From Octopus sinensis (lineage: Eukaryota), in NCBI RefSeq assembly GCF_006345805.1, contig NW_021832304.1, positions 1-34,531 of the forward strand: 34,531 nucleotides of DNA, written 5' to 3'. This document shows positions 13,071 to 25,058 of the stretch, in pieces (position 1 is the first letter of the stretch; each line of letters opens with the position of its first letter). The position numbers and the translations under genes were made by a program. The notes beneath the pieces were generated by a model. That model saw only the letters and a list, made by a program, of their open reading frames with translations. It was not told where the DNA came from and ran no database searches.

Positions 13071-13642
13071 GATATATATAATGTTATATATCTTTGAGCA
13101 GTGTGTGTGTGTTTTGTATACGTACGTAACATATGTTACTGAGGATGGAGTGTGTAAAGGTGATAAATGGCAGAAATCTATGTAGTAAACTGCTTGTTAT
13201 ATGGCGTGAAGCTTTAGTTAATCATACTGCGTCCAATACACACATTAGTTTATTGCATCTGGTAATTACACGCAGTCTTTGGTGCATTTCATACAGAGGA
13301 GTGAGCATTATTATGGGAAAATAATAAGCAAAGCAGGTTGTAGCGTAAGGAAGGAAAGAAAGAAAATGAGCGGTGGGGGGATGTGTGTGAGAGAGAGAAA
13401 AGTAGAAAGAAAGAAGGGGAGGAGAGAGAAGGATAGACAGATTGAGGGAGAGGGAGAGAGAGAGAGAAAGAAAGAAAGAAAGAAAGAAAGAAAGGAAGAA
13501 AGGAATTAAGAAATAAATTACGGTCAGCGGCGTTTTAGTAGATCGATGATCAAATAGACAGCCAATTTCAAAGACTGGAATATGTGTTGTGTGTGTGTGT
13601 GTGTGTATTTGTGTGTATATATGTCTTTCTCTTTCTCACTAT

Positions 13643-13730
<88 letters not shown>

Positions 13731-13748
13731 GTGAGAGGAACCAATACC

Positions 13749-13783
<35 letters not shown>

Positions 13784-13987
13784 GATTTGCTGACGCACAC
13801 ACTTGTGAGTACAAACGAAAGAGGTAAGTACTCAAAACGTACAGTAGAGTATATTCCGTTATTCAGAGCTGAAATCAGACTATGTCGCTACTCTGAGTTT
13901 TCCATTTATATCAAGTTGATGTTGTCTGAGGATAAGAGAGTGGAACAGAAAGAATAAAGGTGCAAGCAAGCAAGCAAGCAAGCAAGC

Positions 13988-14064
<77 letters not shown>

Positions 14065-14672
14065 TTCTTTATTGGGCACGCAGGACTGAACACAGAAGGG
14101 ACAAAATACAAAGTAGAGTTTTTCTTTTTGGGAAGAAGGAAAAAAAGTGGAGGTGGGGGGGGTGGGTGCCGAATTCCTATTAAAAGCGATTGTGAAGAAA
14201 AAAGTGGGGTCGATCAATAGGGATCGTGTATCATAGAAATGTCAATGTAAAAAGGAAAAACAGATTAGGTTTGTCCGTGGATAGAAAAGCCTACGGAAAA
14301 GACCACGGGAACCTTGGGCAATAGTGTCATGCAAAAAGAAAACACATTACAATAAGTGGGTCACTTTTTTCCTTCGTAATTTTTCTTTTGGTTAATAGGT
14401 TTATGCTCAAGCTGGCTCCGTCATTCACACGTGCCATCCTTGCTACATTCACCCATCTTTTTTGAAGCATTCACTAGACAAAACTTCCCTCTCTACTCTC
14501 ACCTTTCTCTTCAAGTGATACTTGAAGAAGTTGATGAGAGATTGACCAGAGACAAAAGTGTTTGTCTCTAGATCTTTCAGACGCGTCCACCATACACATT
14601 CTTTCGCCATAGCCACAAGTACGATGAAAATGGCTCTTCCTTTCCGTTTCAAGGAAGGAGGCGCGACAATAT
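14065..14672 (-). mobile_element. 5'-truncated Tx1/L1-like LINE (ORF2 C-terminus plus 3' UTR) inside a (GATA)n tract
   Basis: Peptide FIVLVAMAKECVWWTRLK...[27 protein letters not shown] resembles the Tx1-clade ORF2 tail. AATAAA lies at the 3' end. (GATA)n at 13990-14064 and 14673-14740; homologous copy at 34046-34531. Confidence 0.75.
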
Positions 14673-14688
14673 GATAGATAGATATATT

Positions 14689-14741
<53 letters not shown>

Positions 14742-14973
14742 CCGCAAAAAATATTGAGATTGAACTAGAGGCAAATGTATTTGCATGTATGTGTGTGTCT
14801 CTTCTATAGTTTGATATGGAAGTGTAAATAGCAATGATCATCAAAGGCTATAAAACATGAAGTAGAAACAAAGTGGAAAGAACAGACAGGCAACATGTCC
14901 ATTCGTACAGTGTTCTTTGAGTTAGAAGGGTTCACTTGGACGCCTGCATGGGTGAATGGCATAGATTTGCCTA

Positions 14974-15057
14974 CAGTAATCTCTCGAGTATCACGGGTTT
15001 TACGTTCCAAAACCACCCGCGATAGGTGAAAATCCGCGAAGTAGAGACAGTAGTATA

Positions 15058-15156
<99 letters not shown>

Positions 15157-15286
15157 ATATTTTAATCATTTTTATAATTTGTATATATTTATCTTATTAT
15201 AAATGCAAAACAACACCACAAAGGTATTGACGCAAGCTTAAATGATAAACCGCGATAGGTAAACTGCAATAGGCGAAGGATTACTG
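14974..15286. mobile_element. pogo/Tigger-like MITE with internal microsatellite
   Basis: TA|cagtaatctctcgagtatcacgg at the left and ctgcaataggcgaaggattactg at the right are inverted termini; internal ccgcgataggt repeats. Confidence 0.75.
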
Positions 15287-15337
15287 CTCATAATTATATA
15301 GTTTTCACAAATTACACTTTGGTATTCGGAAGCCATA

Positions 15338-15525
15338 AGGCGGTGAGCGGGGCAAAATGCTTCATGATATGTCACCCGTCTTTATGTTCCGAGTTCAAAT
15401 TCACCAAGGTTAGCTTTGCCGCTCATTTTTTCGGGGTCCATAAAATAATTACCATTGCGGTCAATGTGATCGACTACAGCTCCACCCCCAAAATTGCTGG
15501 CCTTGCGCGAAAATTTGAAATCAAT
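15338..15525 (+). mobile_element. SINE family B (internally deleted)
   Basis: aaggcggtgagc...gagttcaaattcaccaaggt...tcggggtccataaaat...ccccaaaattgctggccttg. Confidence 0.8.
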
Positions 15526-15542
15526 ACCAAAAAGCTATGAAG

Positions 15543-15752
15543 AGACGAGCTGGCAGAATCGTTAGCACGCCGGGCAAAATGCTTAGCGGAATTTCGTCTG
15601 TCTTTACGTTCTGGGTTCAAATTCCGCCGAGTTGCCTATGCCTTTCATCCTTTCGGGTGTTGACAAAATAAGTGCCAGTCAAGCAGTGGGGTCGAGATAA
15701 TCGACTAGCCCCCTCCCACGAAATTTCTGGCCTTCTGCCAAAATTCGAAGCC
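15543..15752 (+). mobile_element. SINE family B, tandem to the previous copy
   Basis: gagctggcagaatcgttagcacgccgggcaaaatgcttagcgg...gcctttcatcctttcggg. Confidence 0.9.
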
Positions 15753-15772
15753 AAAGTCAGGAAACAATTTAA

Positions 15773-16010
15773 TAAGGTAGCCTAATGCTTAAGTGTTGTA
15801 CTCACGATTGCAAGACCGTAGTTTCGATTCTCGGACCGAGCGGTGAGTTGTGCACTTGGGCAAAGTATTTCCTTTCACGTTGCTCCAATGTAAATAAGCA
15901 ACCCTCTAAAAGACTAGCGTCCCTTTCAGAGAAGAATGGGGTGATCTCGGCCATTTATACGCAATGGAAACTGAGCAAAAAGCCGTTTGAATCCCCGGAC
16001 TCGAGACTGC
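15773..16010 (+). mobile_element. Old tRNA-headed SINE with degenerate V-like domain
   Basis: gtttcgattctcggaccg head, ctttcacgttgctcca body, aaccctctaaaagactagcgtccc resembling the aaccctgcgacggac motif at ~32553. Confidence 0.55.
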
Positions 16011-17169
16011 AATATCCTGGGGTTGATGTTTAGGATAATGAGTCATTACAATCTCATTTATAGGCGAATTCTGTAACCTCAAGCCTTAGTTTCATCAGTT
16101 ACTCTTCATTTCACCAACCATCAAACCACGTACCCAGCATATCAACATAACGATAACAGCTAAGAACGAACCACTACGGAATCCATGCTGTTTGTCTAAC
16201 GATTATCAATAAAAGAAGGGGCTCTGTATCTCGGAACTCGTCTCTAGTACTGCTCACATGATAAAAACCAGTTGATGTGGCTGGAAAGGGGATAACATTG
16301 TCACCCCCGTTTAAAATCTTCTCCTGGTGCCTAGGAGATATTTTAAAATTTTATTTTAGTTGAGTTGAGTCGGATGAGGATTCTGCAAAGAGGATATCAC
16401 AGCCTATTGACGTGCAGGTTATCCAGAAATCTTAATGCTTACAATTATCAATGGGGTTATACACCGAAAAAAATATTTAAGCTGATACCTGGCGCCAGAA
16501 AGCACATGTCCTCTAGCATTCGCTGTCTACACTACAAAATAGCGCAGAACCCCACATCTTTTATTTCGTGACTCGTGCCTCTTTGAACACCGAATTTCTA
16601 GAAGCCCATTCACGGCCACTGACATCCAAGTGAAAAACATAGACATCTTTTTAAGGCGATAGTGTTTGGTTTGTAGCATATGTAGCTGCTATTTCATGCA
16701 AACCGCGTGACCGTTTAGAGCCCTGACTTCATAATCCGTCCCTCATTGCCTAATCCATGATGATTAACAGGTTTGCAATTTTTCTTGGCTCTCACACTTC
16801 CCCCATACCAATACTGTTGGCACAGGTTCTTCATTACTTGCTGTCTTTAAATCTTTGCAGCAATATGCTTCATTACAAGATCTTTAGTAAATTATAAATA
16901 CACACATTTTAAAATGTTTAGATTTAGTTAAAATAATTTGAAAGAACGAAAATGTAACAATTTTTCAACCGAGCGTTAGATAAAAAAATATGTTATACCT
17001 TTGGTTTATCATGGTTTTAAATATCATTGTTCAATGAAAGCATTCAAACATCAGTGCGGCTGTGGCTTCGATCCCACCATGTGTGTCTTCTCTCGTAGCT
17101 TTCAGTTGATTAATGCTTCATGAGTGACGTTAGTTAGACTACGACAGCGGCATATATCATATTTTAATC

Positions 17170-17745
17170 ATTTGTTTCCGTTATTAGACTGCGACAATGC
17201 TGGAGCACTGCCCTTGGGGAATTTTAGTTGAACTGATCAGTACTTAAAACGGCGTGGCTGAAAAGTCCCTAGCTTTAAGGGTGTCGCGAAAGGTTGGAGG
17301 CCTTTTACAGGGCTTAGAAAAACTGAAAGAGTGCTGCAATAAGTGTGTGAAACGTAGAGGGTAATATGTTGCATAAAATCATAATTAACGGATCCTTCTG
17401 TGTTTTCTTTTATCAGGAATTTTTCAGCACCACCTCGTATTCTCTTTTTGAGCATGTTACTTAATCTGCCGGTCTCTTTGGTCGGTCCGCCAAGTTATGG
17501 GGACGTAAACAAACCAAAGCCGATTGTCAAGCAGTGGGAGAAAGGAGACAAACACGTGCGTGCATTCACACACACATTTACAACGGGCTTCCGCACAGTT
17601 TCCATCTACCATATTTACTCCTAAGACATTGTCTAGCTCGGGGCTAGAGTAGAAGGCACTTGTCCAAGGTGCCATGCAGTGGAATTGAACCTGGAACTAT
17701 GTGTTTCGGAAGGAAGCAAACTATTCAACTCACGGCCATGCCTGC
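17170..17745 (-). mobile_element. SINE family A, interrupted by a mariner MITE
   Basis: Tail ttagactgcgacaatgctggagcactgcc at ~17183-17213; the body resumes at 17440 and runs to the head ccaaggtgccatgcagtggaattgaacc. Confidence 0.8.
17247..17437 (+). mobile_element. Mariner-derived MITE
   Basis: Termini gctgaaaagtccctagcttt / caggaatttttcagcaccacctcg|ta. Internal relic GLEKLKECCNKCVKRRG*YV is a mariner C-terminus. Confidence 0.82.
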
Positions 17746-17798
17746 ATATACATGTGTGTGTGTGTGTGTGCGTGTGTGTGTGTATGTATATATATATA

Positions 17799-17922
17799 TT
17801 GGCCTGCTCGCTTAGCCAGCGGGGTGGCGTCATTTCAAGGCTAAAAAACAATGCGAAGCGCATTGTGATCAGCGATGTGTAACAACATCTGATAGCCTGG
17901 TCGGTCACGGTGATCACGGTGA
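17799..17922 (+). mobile_element. SINE family E, 3' fragment
   Basis: Matches 11532-11627. Confidence 0.85.
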
Positions 17923-17936
17923 TATATATATTATAT

Positions 17937-17988
<52 letters not shown>

Positions 17989-18354
17989 GTGTATGTGTTT
18001 ATGAATGTATTCCGGTGTAAATCAGTATTGCATCTCATTATGTCAAAGAGATTCCATAAATGGAGTAGCGGACTGAAATGAGCAGTAGGGTGTGGGGAGC
18101 GAAATACCCCAATTTGGCCATAATCCAATGGCTGATACGGAGAAGAATGCATTGTCCTTTTGATTGTTTATATCGAGCTGCTTGCTGATGAGACATGTTA
18201 CAGTATTTGATGGCACAAAAGACTCGTGGTATATTAAACGAATTTTCATTTCAGCAGCGTATATTCAAGGAAAAAGCTTTCAGTGTATTAAAGCTAGTAC
18301 TGGCCAGCATCACTGGTTCATTGTTATGATAATTCCTTTGACAGTGCTTGTAAT

Positions 18355-18572
18355 AATGGTTTCAAATTTTAAGCACCAGGACAGCAATTTTAGGATAGGG
18401 GTTAAGCCGATTACATTGACCCTGGTGTTCAGCTGGTATTTATATTATCGATCCCGAAAGGATGAAAGGTAAAGTCGACATCGGCGGAATTTGTACATTG
18501 AACGTAAAGCCGGACTAAATGCCGCCAAGCATTTTGTCCGACGTGCAATCGCTTCTGTCTGTTCGCAGCCTT
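18355..18572 (-). mobile_element. SINE family B
   Basis: cccgaaaggatgaaaggtaaagtcgacatcggcggaatttg...aagcattttgtccgacgtgcaatcgcttctg. Confidence 0.85.
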
Positions 18573-18654
18573 GTACATATTCTTTTCAAGCCTGACACTT
18601 ATTCTACCAGTCTGTGTCACCGAACCGCTAAGTTAGGCGACGTAAACCAAAGCT

Positions 18655-18860
18655 TTCTACCATAAGCACAAGGCCTGAAATTTAGGGGCGGGGGAATAAG
18701 TCGATTACACCGACCCTAGTGCTTGACTGCTATTTATTTTATATATTCCCCGAAAGGATGAAAGGCAAAGTCGACCGCGGTGGAATTTGAACTCATAACA
18801 TAAAGACAGACGAAATGGCGCTAAGTATTTTGTGCTACCGATGATACCAGTTGGCCACCT
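18655..18860 (-). mobile_element. SINE family B (a short family A fragment at ~18590-18650 separates it from the previous copy)
   Basis: gcacaaggcctgaaattt...ccccgaaaggatgaaaggcaaagtcgacc...gaatttgaactc. Confidence 0.85.
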
Positions 18861-19482
18861 CGTACAGTGCAAATATTAAAACTTTTAAATAAACATTATC
18901 ATTATTGAGTCTGGTTACGTAGAAGAGATTGTTTAGATTAAAAATCATCTTATAATAAAGACCGTCAAGAACAAAATTAACTTAGTGGGAGGCCCAACGT
19001 CGCATAAAGGACCCTGAGCGATTTTTTGAGACATCATTTGGAGCCAAAAAGTGCGTTTTAGATGTCTATAAATACGGTGCATTGGAATTCAGTATGTTTC
19101 ATCAATTTATGCAGTTAAATATATTTTATTCTCTAGTTCTTTAATCCTATCGGTCCACATCCAAAAGATTTATTACAAAAAGCATTCTTGCTTTGACTAT
19201 CCCGTATGTTCTTCAGAGGTATTGCATCTAGGATAGCATTATCCAGCGCATTTTTCTTACTTTAAGACTGTAAGATTAAATTTGAGGAATATATGGCTGT
19301 TATTTTTCGCAGTATCTTTGGCTCGTTGAGTTAACAGTTACGAAATCAGCAGTGGTTCTTTAAATGAATGTTGGCATCATTTATTCTCATAGTAATCCCC
19401 CGCATTGAACTGCTGTAGATATACATCAACGCATAATTATAGCAGTGCCGTACAAATTAGAGAATTGAAGGATACGCTAATG

Positions 19483-19744
19483 CAGTGATTCCAAACCATT
19501 TTTTTTTTGCATATGGATCTCTTTTATTACCGTTTTACTCTATCGGACCTCCATAGCCATTCGATGCATTTAAAGAAATCCTACTGTATTTTTGTAATCA
19601 AATATTATTAGGAATTGTATTAATAAAATTGTGAAAATATTTTGTGTATTGTAAAAGTATAAACAATTTATTTCACATAAATTTTGATAACAAAATATCA
19701 TATGGTTCTCCAAGGGCCGTATGGATCCCGGTTGGAAATCACTG
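19483..19744. mobile_element. hAT (Charlie/Buster-type) MITE
   Basis: TIRs cagtgattccaaacc / ggttggaaatcactg; degenerate 8-bp TSD cgctaatg / cgttagtg with central TA. Confidence 0.85.
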
Positions 19745-20067
19745 CGTTAGTGGAGCTTAGTGTTTGCGAAACACATTAAATCTCTAAGGAACAGAATAGA
19801 TTTATATTTGTTTCTACTCACTTCACTAGTTTGTTCATGGGTTGGTGAATAATTATACCAACTGTTCAGCTAATTCTCAATGGAAACTGATACGTAATTT
19901 AGCAATTATTAATGTTTTAATGATTGGAATTAAATATAATAGAATGTTTATAATGATCCAGGTTCTTCACGTAGCTTATAACACGATGAGCAGCTATCAG
20001 TTACCAGAATATTTAATTAATACATTGTCCATTTTATGTTCGGAACACTTTTGACAAGGAGTATGTT

Positions 20068-20280
20068 GATTCCAAATTTTGGCACAAGGCCAGCAACTTT
20101 GAGGAAAGGGATAAGTCGATTACGTAGACCTCAGTACTTAAATGACACTTATTTTATCGACTCTGAAAGGATGAAAAGTAAAAATCGATCTCGGTGGGAT
20201 TTGAACTCAGAAGTTAAAGACAGACTAAATACGGCTAAGCTTTTTGCGTGGCGTGCTTACAATTCAGCCAGGTCGTTGTT
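20068..20280 (-). mobile_element. SINE family B
   Basis: aaattttggcacaaggccagcaa...gaaaggatgaaaagtaaa...atttgaactcagaa. Confidence 0.85.
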
Positions 20281-21622
20281 TCTTACCTGAGAAATATTTG
20301 CTTACTGAAATAGATTCATTGCTTTGAAGTAAACTAGGAATTTCTTTCATCACGGTTGATGATTAACATGAAGCATGTTAAACATTATGTAAAATTTGAA
20401 GTTGAGAATATTCTCTCAGAAATCACGTAAGAACTGTTTACTCTTTGAATGCTGTGCATCTCAGTAATTGTAGAATTGCTTTTCAAAAAGAAAAAAAAAA
20501 AAAAAAAATCTCTAAACATTCTCGAAGGCTTCAATTTTGATGACATTCTCTAACGTTAATTTATGCATTAACAAATATTTGCTTACACTTGTTTTGAAAT
20601 ATATAACGAAGAGACTTTTGTAAGCTTGTGAAGTTTCAAGCTCGAACTACAAGGGAGAGAACCGAGTCATTCCTAGTTTACTTGACACTGGAATTAAAAT
20701 ATTGGACAGCGATAAGGTAGATGATGCAGGTTATCATTCATATAAACAATTTGTTTCGATAGTTTAACGAATCACATGCCAAATATATTACCGTTGCTTA
20801 ATTTCTATTCTGCTGGTTGTGAATTTATGAGAGGTAGCTCATCGCCTTAATTTAATGTACAGCAGTCAATTAGATGTTTCAATATAAAGTCCCCCCACCC
20901 CACCACCACCCTCACTCGACATCTATACTAGTCTTTCATTATAACGATTTTACTGCCGTAACAGATATTATGAAATTCTCTTAGTTTTAACATAGTAGGA
21001 ATCGGTTCGAGTTAAATAGCCGAATGAGTTAGCACAGAGTTGGCTTCCGTCTTTATCTCTAAGCTTTATCTAGTTTGAAATTTCGTATTTAATGTTGTCA
21101 GAATCGAATTATTTGGTCATTGATTACAGCGCTTAGCATTACTTGAAATTACAAAGATAAAAGTGTCATATTATTTAGAGTTACTGCTTACATTTGTCAT
21201 GTATTTGCAGTATACAAACGTATCTTCACGTTTATATGTAATTTTAAAAGTTCGTTTTGCGATTACGCGGTAACGGGATCGATTCCACCCTGCGGCAATT
21301 TATGCAGAAATGTCTTATAACATAAACTTGACACAGCCTAATCCATTAAGGATTATTGGTAGACGGAAACTAGAATGGATGGTTGATGTAATCTACAGTC
21401 CAGATTAACATCACCACGTGAACGTTGAGTGCTTTGAATGGAGTCCTTTCGATTGCACTCATTCGGAGCAACTGCTAAGTCTGATAACGGTTTTCTTCCT
21501 CTCTTCCTCTCGTCTGTCTTGCAAACACTGAAAAGGAATCACGGGAGCCGTCATTCGTACTCTGATTAAACCATTACATTACCTAACGTTCTCTTTCTTT
21601 TTTTTAAGGTGGTAGGTTTCTG

Positions 21623-21795
21623 AAGGCGGCGAGCCGGCAGAAACGTTAGCACGCCGGACGAAATGCTTACCAGGATTTTGTCTGCCGCTACGTTCTGAGT
21701 TCAAATTCCGCCGAGGTCGACTTTGCCTTTCATCCTTTCGGGGTCGATAAATTAAGTACCGCAGTCTGAAACAAGCAAAAGAATAAAAGAATAAA
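21623..21795 (+). mobile_element. SINE family B 5' part fused to a family A tail
   Basis: Very clean family B sequence up to aattaagtacc (21760), then gcagtctgaaacaagcaaaagaataaaaga. Confidence 0.85.
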
Positions 21796-21939
21796 TACTA
21801 TATATACATACGATCAACATACATGTATGCGTATATACATACAGTCAGATACTCTAGTACAAGTCCTACATACTACGTATACACACATATATATGTACGT
21901 ATGGTCATGCATATTGGCAATTTACACACAAAGACTTAC

Positions 21940-22061
21940 AATAGCGCACAGGCCAACATCGCTGGGAATTCGGTTTTGTTAGCATGATGCGTGTGGTAAC
22001 CACATCTGAAGTCGCTTCTTCTTCTTCTTCTTCTTCTTCTTCTTCTTCTACCGACTACCAT
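21940..22061 (-). CDS. Candidate first coding segment of an unidentified host gene (within predicted exon 22181-21940)
   Basis: Acceptor tttcatttcattttatAG at 22182 and donor GTAAGT at 21939. The frame is open from ATG 22061 to the donor: MVVG(R)11SDFRCGYHTHHANKTEFPAMLACAL, phase 2. No homology recognised. Confidence 0.4.
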
Positions 22062-22919
22062 CTTCACCGAGTGCCTGTTTTCGCTCTTGTTGCGTTTACT
22101 TGAATATGTACGATTCGTTGGTTTGTGTTAAACACGATTGGGAGTGAAACAATAAGACTTGTAGCAATCACAGCTCAAGTGCTATAAAATGAAATGAAAT
22201 GAAATGAAATAAAATAAACCAGGATAAAAAAAAAAATTAATACGTAAAATAAACACAATAATATTTCAGGAAGTAATGAACGTGTTACACAGTAAGAAAA
22301 GAGAGAGAGAGAGAGAATGTAAAGACAGATGACAATAACAATTGCGTCAACAAGCTCAATAAACCAGCAACCAAAACGCAAACAAACAAAACCACGGTTT
22401 TTCGATGTGAGTGCGTGCATGTTTTTTTTTTTTTTGTATATGTGCGTGAGCGTGCGCACGCGTGTGTGTGTGTATACGCGCGCGTTTTTCTTCTTTTATA
22501 ATTTTCTTGTTTCTGTTATTTTTATCCGTATTCCCTTTTCGAATTTCGAGTGCTACTTCACGTCTTATCTTCCGAGCACTGACGATCAACCCACTTCATT
22601 CCACTACGTCATTCCACTATTGGACTGCTTTGTTTTACGACACTTCACCGTAAAACGTGAGAGAAGGCTTTGCTTTATTATTTTTTTTTTCATTGGAGAG
22701 AAAACAAAGCAACAAACAAACCAATAAACAAACAAACAAGCACAACAAAAACAAGAACGAAGACCAAACAAATACAAGCATTTTTGTCTTCGACATTCTT
22801 TGGTCTTTTAAATTTATTTTTGGAATCATTTGTTGATTACAATATGGCTGTTTTAACTCCTGTTCATATTGCAGTTGTTGATATTATTGTCGTTATTGTT
22901 ATAGTTGCAACGGTGGTAA

Positions 22920-23451
22920 TCCTTCTCCCCCACCTCCTTTCCTCTTCCCTTTCTTCCTCCTCCCCTCATCATCATCATCATCATCATCTGTTCTCCTCTC
23001 CGCTCTCTTCTCCCTTATCTTCCCTCTCTCCCCTCCTCTCTAACCTTCCTCCTCTTCCCCTTCCTCTCTTTTCCTCCTCTTTCTTCTCCCTCATCTTACC
23101 TCTTCCCTCTTCTTCTCCTCTACCCTTCCTCCTCCACCTCCGCCTCCTCTTCATTTCCCCCTTCTTCCAGTCCTCGTCCTCTTCCAACAACCCTCGTCCT
23201 CCTCCACCTTGTTGTCGTCCGTCTTCTTCTTTTTCTTCTTCTTCGTCAACGTCTTCTTCTTCTTCTTCTTCTTCTTCTTCTTCTTGTATTTGTTGGAAGA
23301 GTTAGAGTTGGTTATAACAATGATAAAGATGAGGCTTTGAAATTTGTGCTTGTATTTCTCTCTGTCTCTCTCTGTATGTCTCTCTGTCTCTCTATCTCTT
23401 TCACCACTCTCCCTTCTCACTCAATATCGCATTTTCCCACTCTATCGTTAT

Positions 23452-23494
<43 letters not shown>

Positions 23495-23525
23495 CCATTC
23501 GCTCTCGTATTTTCTCTTTCTTTTC
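22920..23525. repeat. Pyrimidine-rich low-complexity tract (CT/CTT/CCT)
   Basis: Direct inspection. Confidence 0.9.
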
Positions 23526-23532
23526 TACGTTT

Positions 23533-23569
<37 letters not shown>

Positions 23570-23859
23570 TGTATGTATATACACACACACACGCACACAC
23601 ATTTACATATAGACAAACAAACGTGCGCGCATACATATGTGCATATGCATATATACATATACACATATATACATATATATATATGTGCATGTTGTGTTTT
23701 TGTATGTATGCATGTGTGTGTTATTCTGGTGGTGTTTTCATGTTTTATACCGATATTTCGCTACTATTGCCGTGTCTTTCTTATTTTTTTAATTTATATT
23801 ATTTCTATGTTGTTATTTCTTTTGTTATTTAATGTTGTTGTTTATACTCTTGTAGTTTA

Positions 23860-23890
<31 letters not shown>

Positions 23891-24149
23891 GCTGTCCTAA
23901 CGTGGGAATTTTTATTTTTGTTTATTTTAATTTAGTTTTTTTTTTTTTTTTTTGCTTTCTTTTCGTTCGTTTGTTGTTTCTGCTATTGTCGTTCTTATTC
24001 TTATAATGTTTGTTTCTGAAATATTTTGTTTTTGTTTTTGTTTTTGCAATGGATGTGCGTGTTGGTTTGCTGGTAGATTTACTGACAGTGGAAAGAAACT
24101 GTTTAAAATAAAGCAAAAGAGAAGAAATAACTTAAAACAAAAAGACGGC

Positions 24150-24172
24150 TGGAGAGAGATGAGGAAGGAGAA

Positions 24173-24208
<36 letters not shown>

Positions 24209-24234
24209 TAGGGAGAGATAAAGAGAAGGCAAAG

Positions 24235-24277
<43 letters not shown>

Positions 24278-25045
24278 ATAGATGATAAAGGGGGAAAGAA
24301 AACGTGGAGCAAATGGAGTATGGTAAAGGTGATACAAAAGATCGAAGAAATTAATAGTGATTATGGGAAATCCGAGGAATATAAAGTGGCATAAGAGGGG
24401 GAGGAGTAAGAGGAGGAAGAAGAGGAGGAAGAAGAGGAGGAGGAGAAGAACGTGGAAGAAGAGGAGGAAGAGAAAAACGTGGAAGAGAGGGAGAAAGAGG
24501 AGGGGGAAGAGGAGGAAGCGGAGGGCGAACAGGAGGAGGTGGAAGAAGAGGAGGAAAGTGTACGAAGATGAGGCAGAAGAGAAGGAGTAGAGGGAAGTGG
24601 AACAGAAAGGAGAGGAGAAACAGGCGGAAGAAAGAGGAAAAGGAGGAAAACAAAGGCGTGAAAGCGAAGGATGAGGAAGTGGAGGAGGAGAAGGAGGAAG
24701 AGAGAGGAAGTGGAGGAGGAGTAGATAGTTGAAGAGAGAGGAGAGGGGGTGAAGAACGAAGGGAGACGTGGAAAAGGAAGATAAAAAGATTCAGAAGAGA
24801 CATGTCAGAATAAACTGGAAAATATCAAAGACCCAGAGAGAGAGAGGGGGGGAAGAGAGAGAGGAGGAAAGACAAAAAGGAGAGAGTGAGAGAGAAAGAG
24901 GGGGAAGAGAAAGAGAGGGAAGAGAAAGAGAGAGAGAGGGAGAGAGAGAGTGGGAGAGACCAAAAAGGAGAGACATAACGAGTGAGTAAAAGAGAGAACG
25001 TGTGAAGGAGACAGTGGGCTGGGAGAGCGTGGAGAGAAAAAGCGG
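24150..25045. repeat. Purine-rich low-complexity tract (GA/GGA/GAA)
   Basis: Direct inspection. Confidence 0.9.
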
Positions 25046-25058
25046 AGAAAATGCACAC

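Noticed and set aside
13815-13830. Perfect plus-strand donor AG|GTAAGT at 13823/13824
   Set aside because: No convincing acceptor or coding frame upstream; isolated consensus matches are expected by chance.
16200-16650. Possible decayed reverse transcriptase (KGITLSPPF resembling QGDPLSP)
   Set aside because: Only one weak motif; no further RT motifs found by eye.
19040-19080. Lone transposon-like ends (aaagtgcgttttagatgtctataaatacggt here; cagcgtttctcaatctttt at ~3313)
   Set aside because: No partner TIR or TSD located, so not reported as elements.
22670-23305. 211-aa ORF with a hydrophobic stretch and poly-S/H/P
   Set aside because: Open only because C/T-rich low-complexity DNA lacks stop codons; no domain recognised.
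24357-24590. Protamine-like Arg/Lys-rich ORF
   Set aside because: Product of the GGA/GAA purine tract; other frames are equally open.
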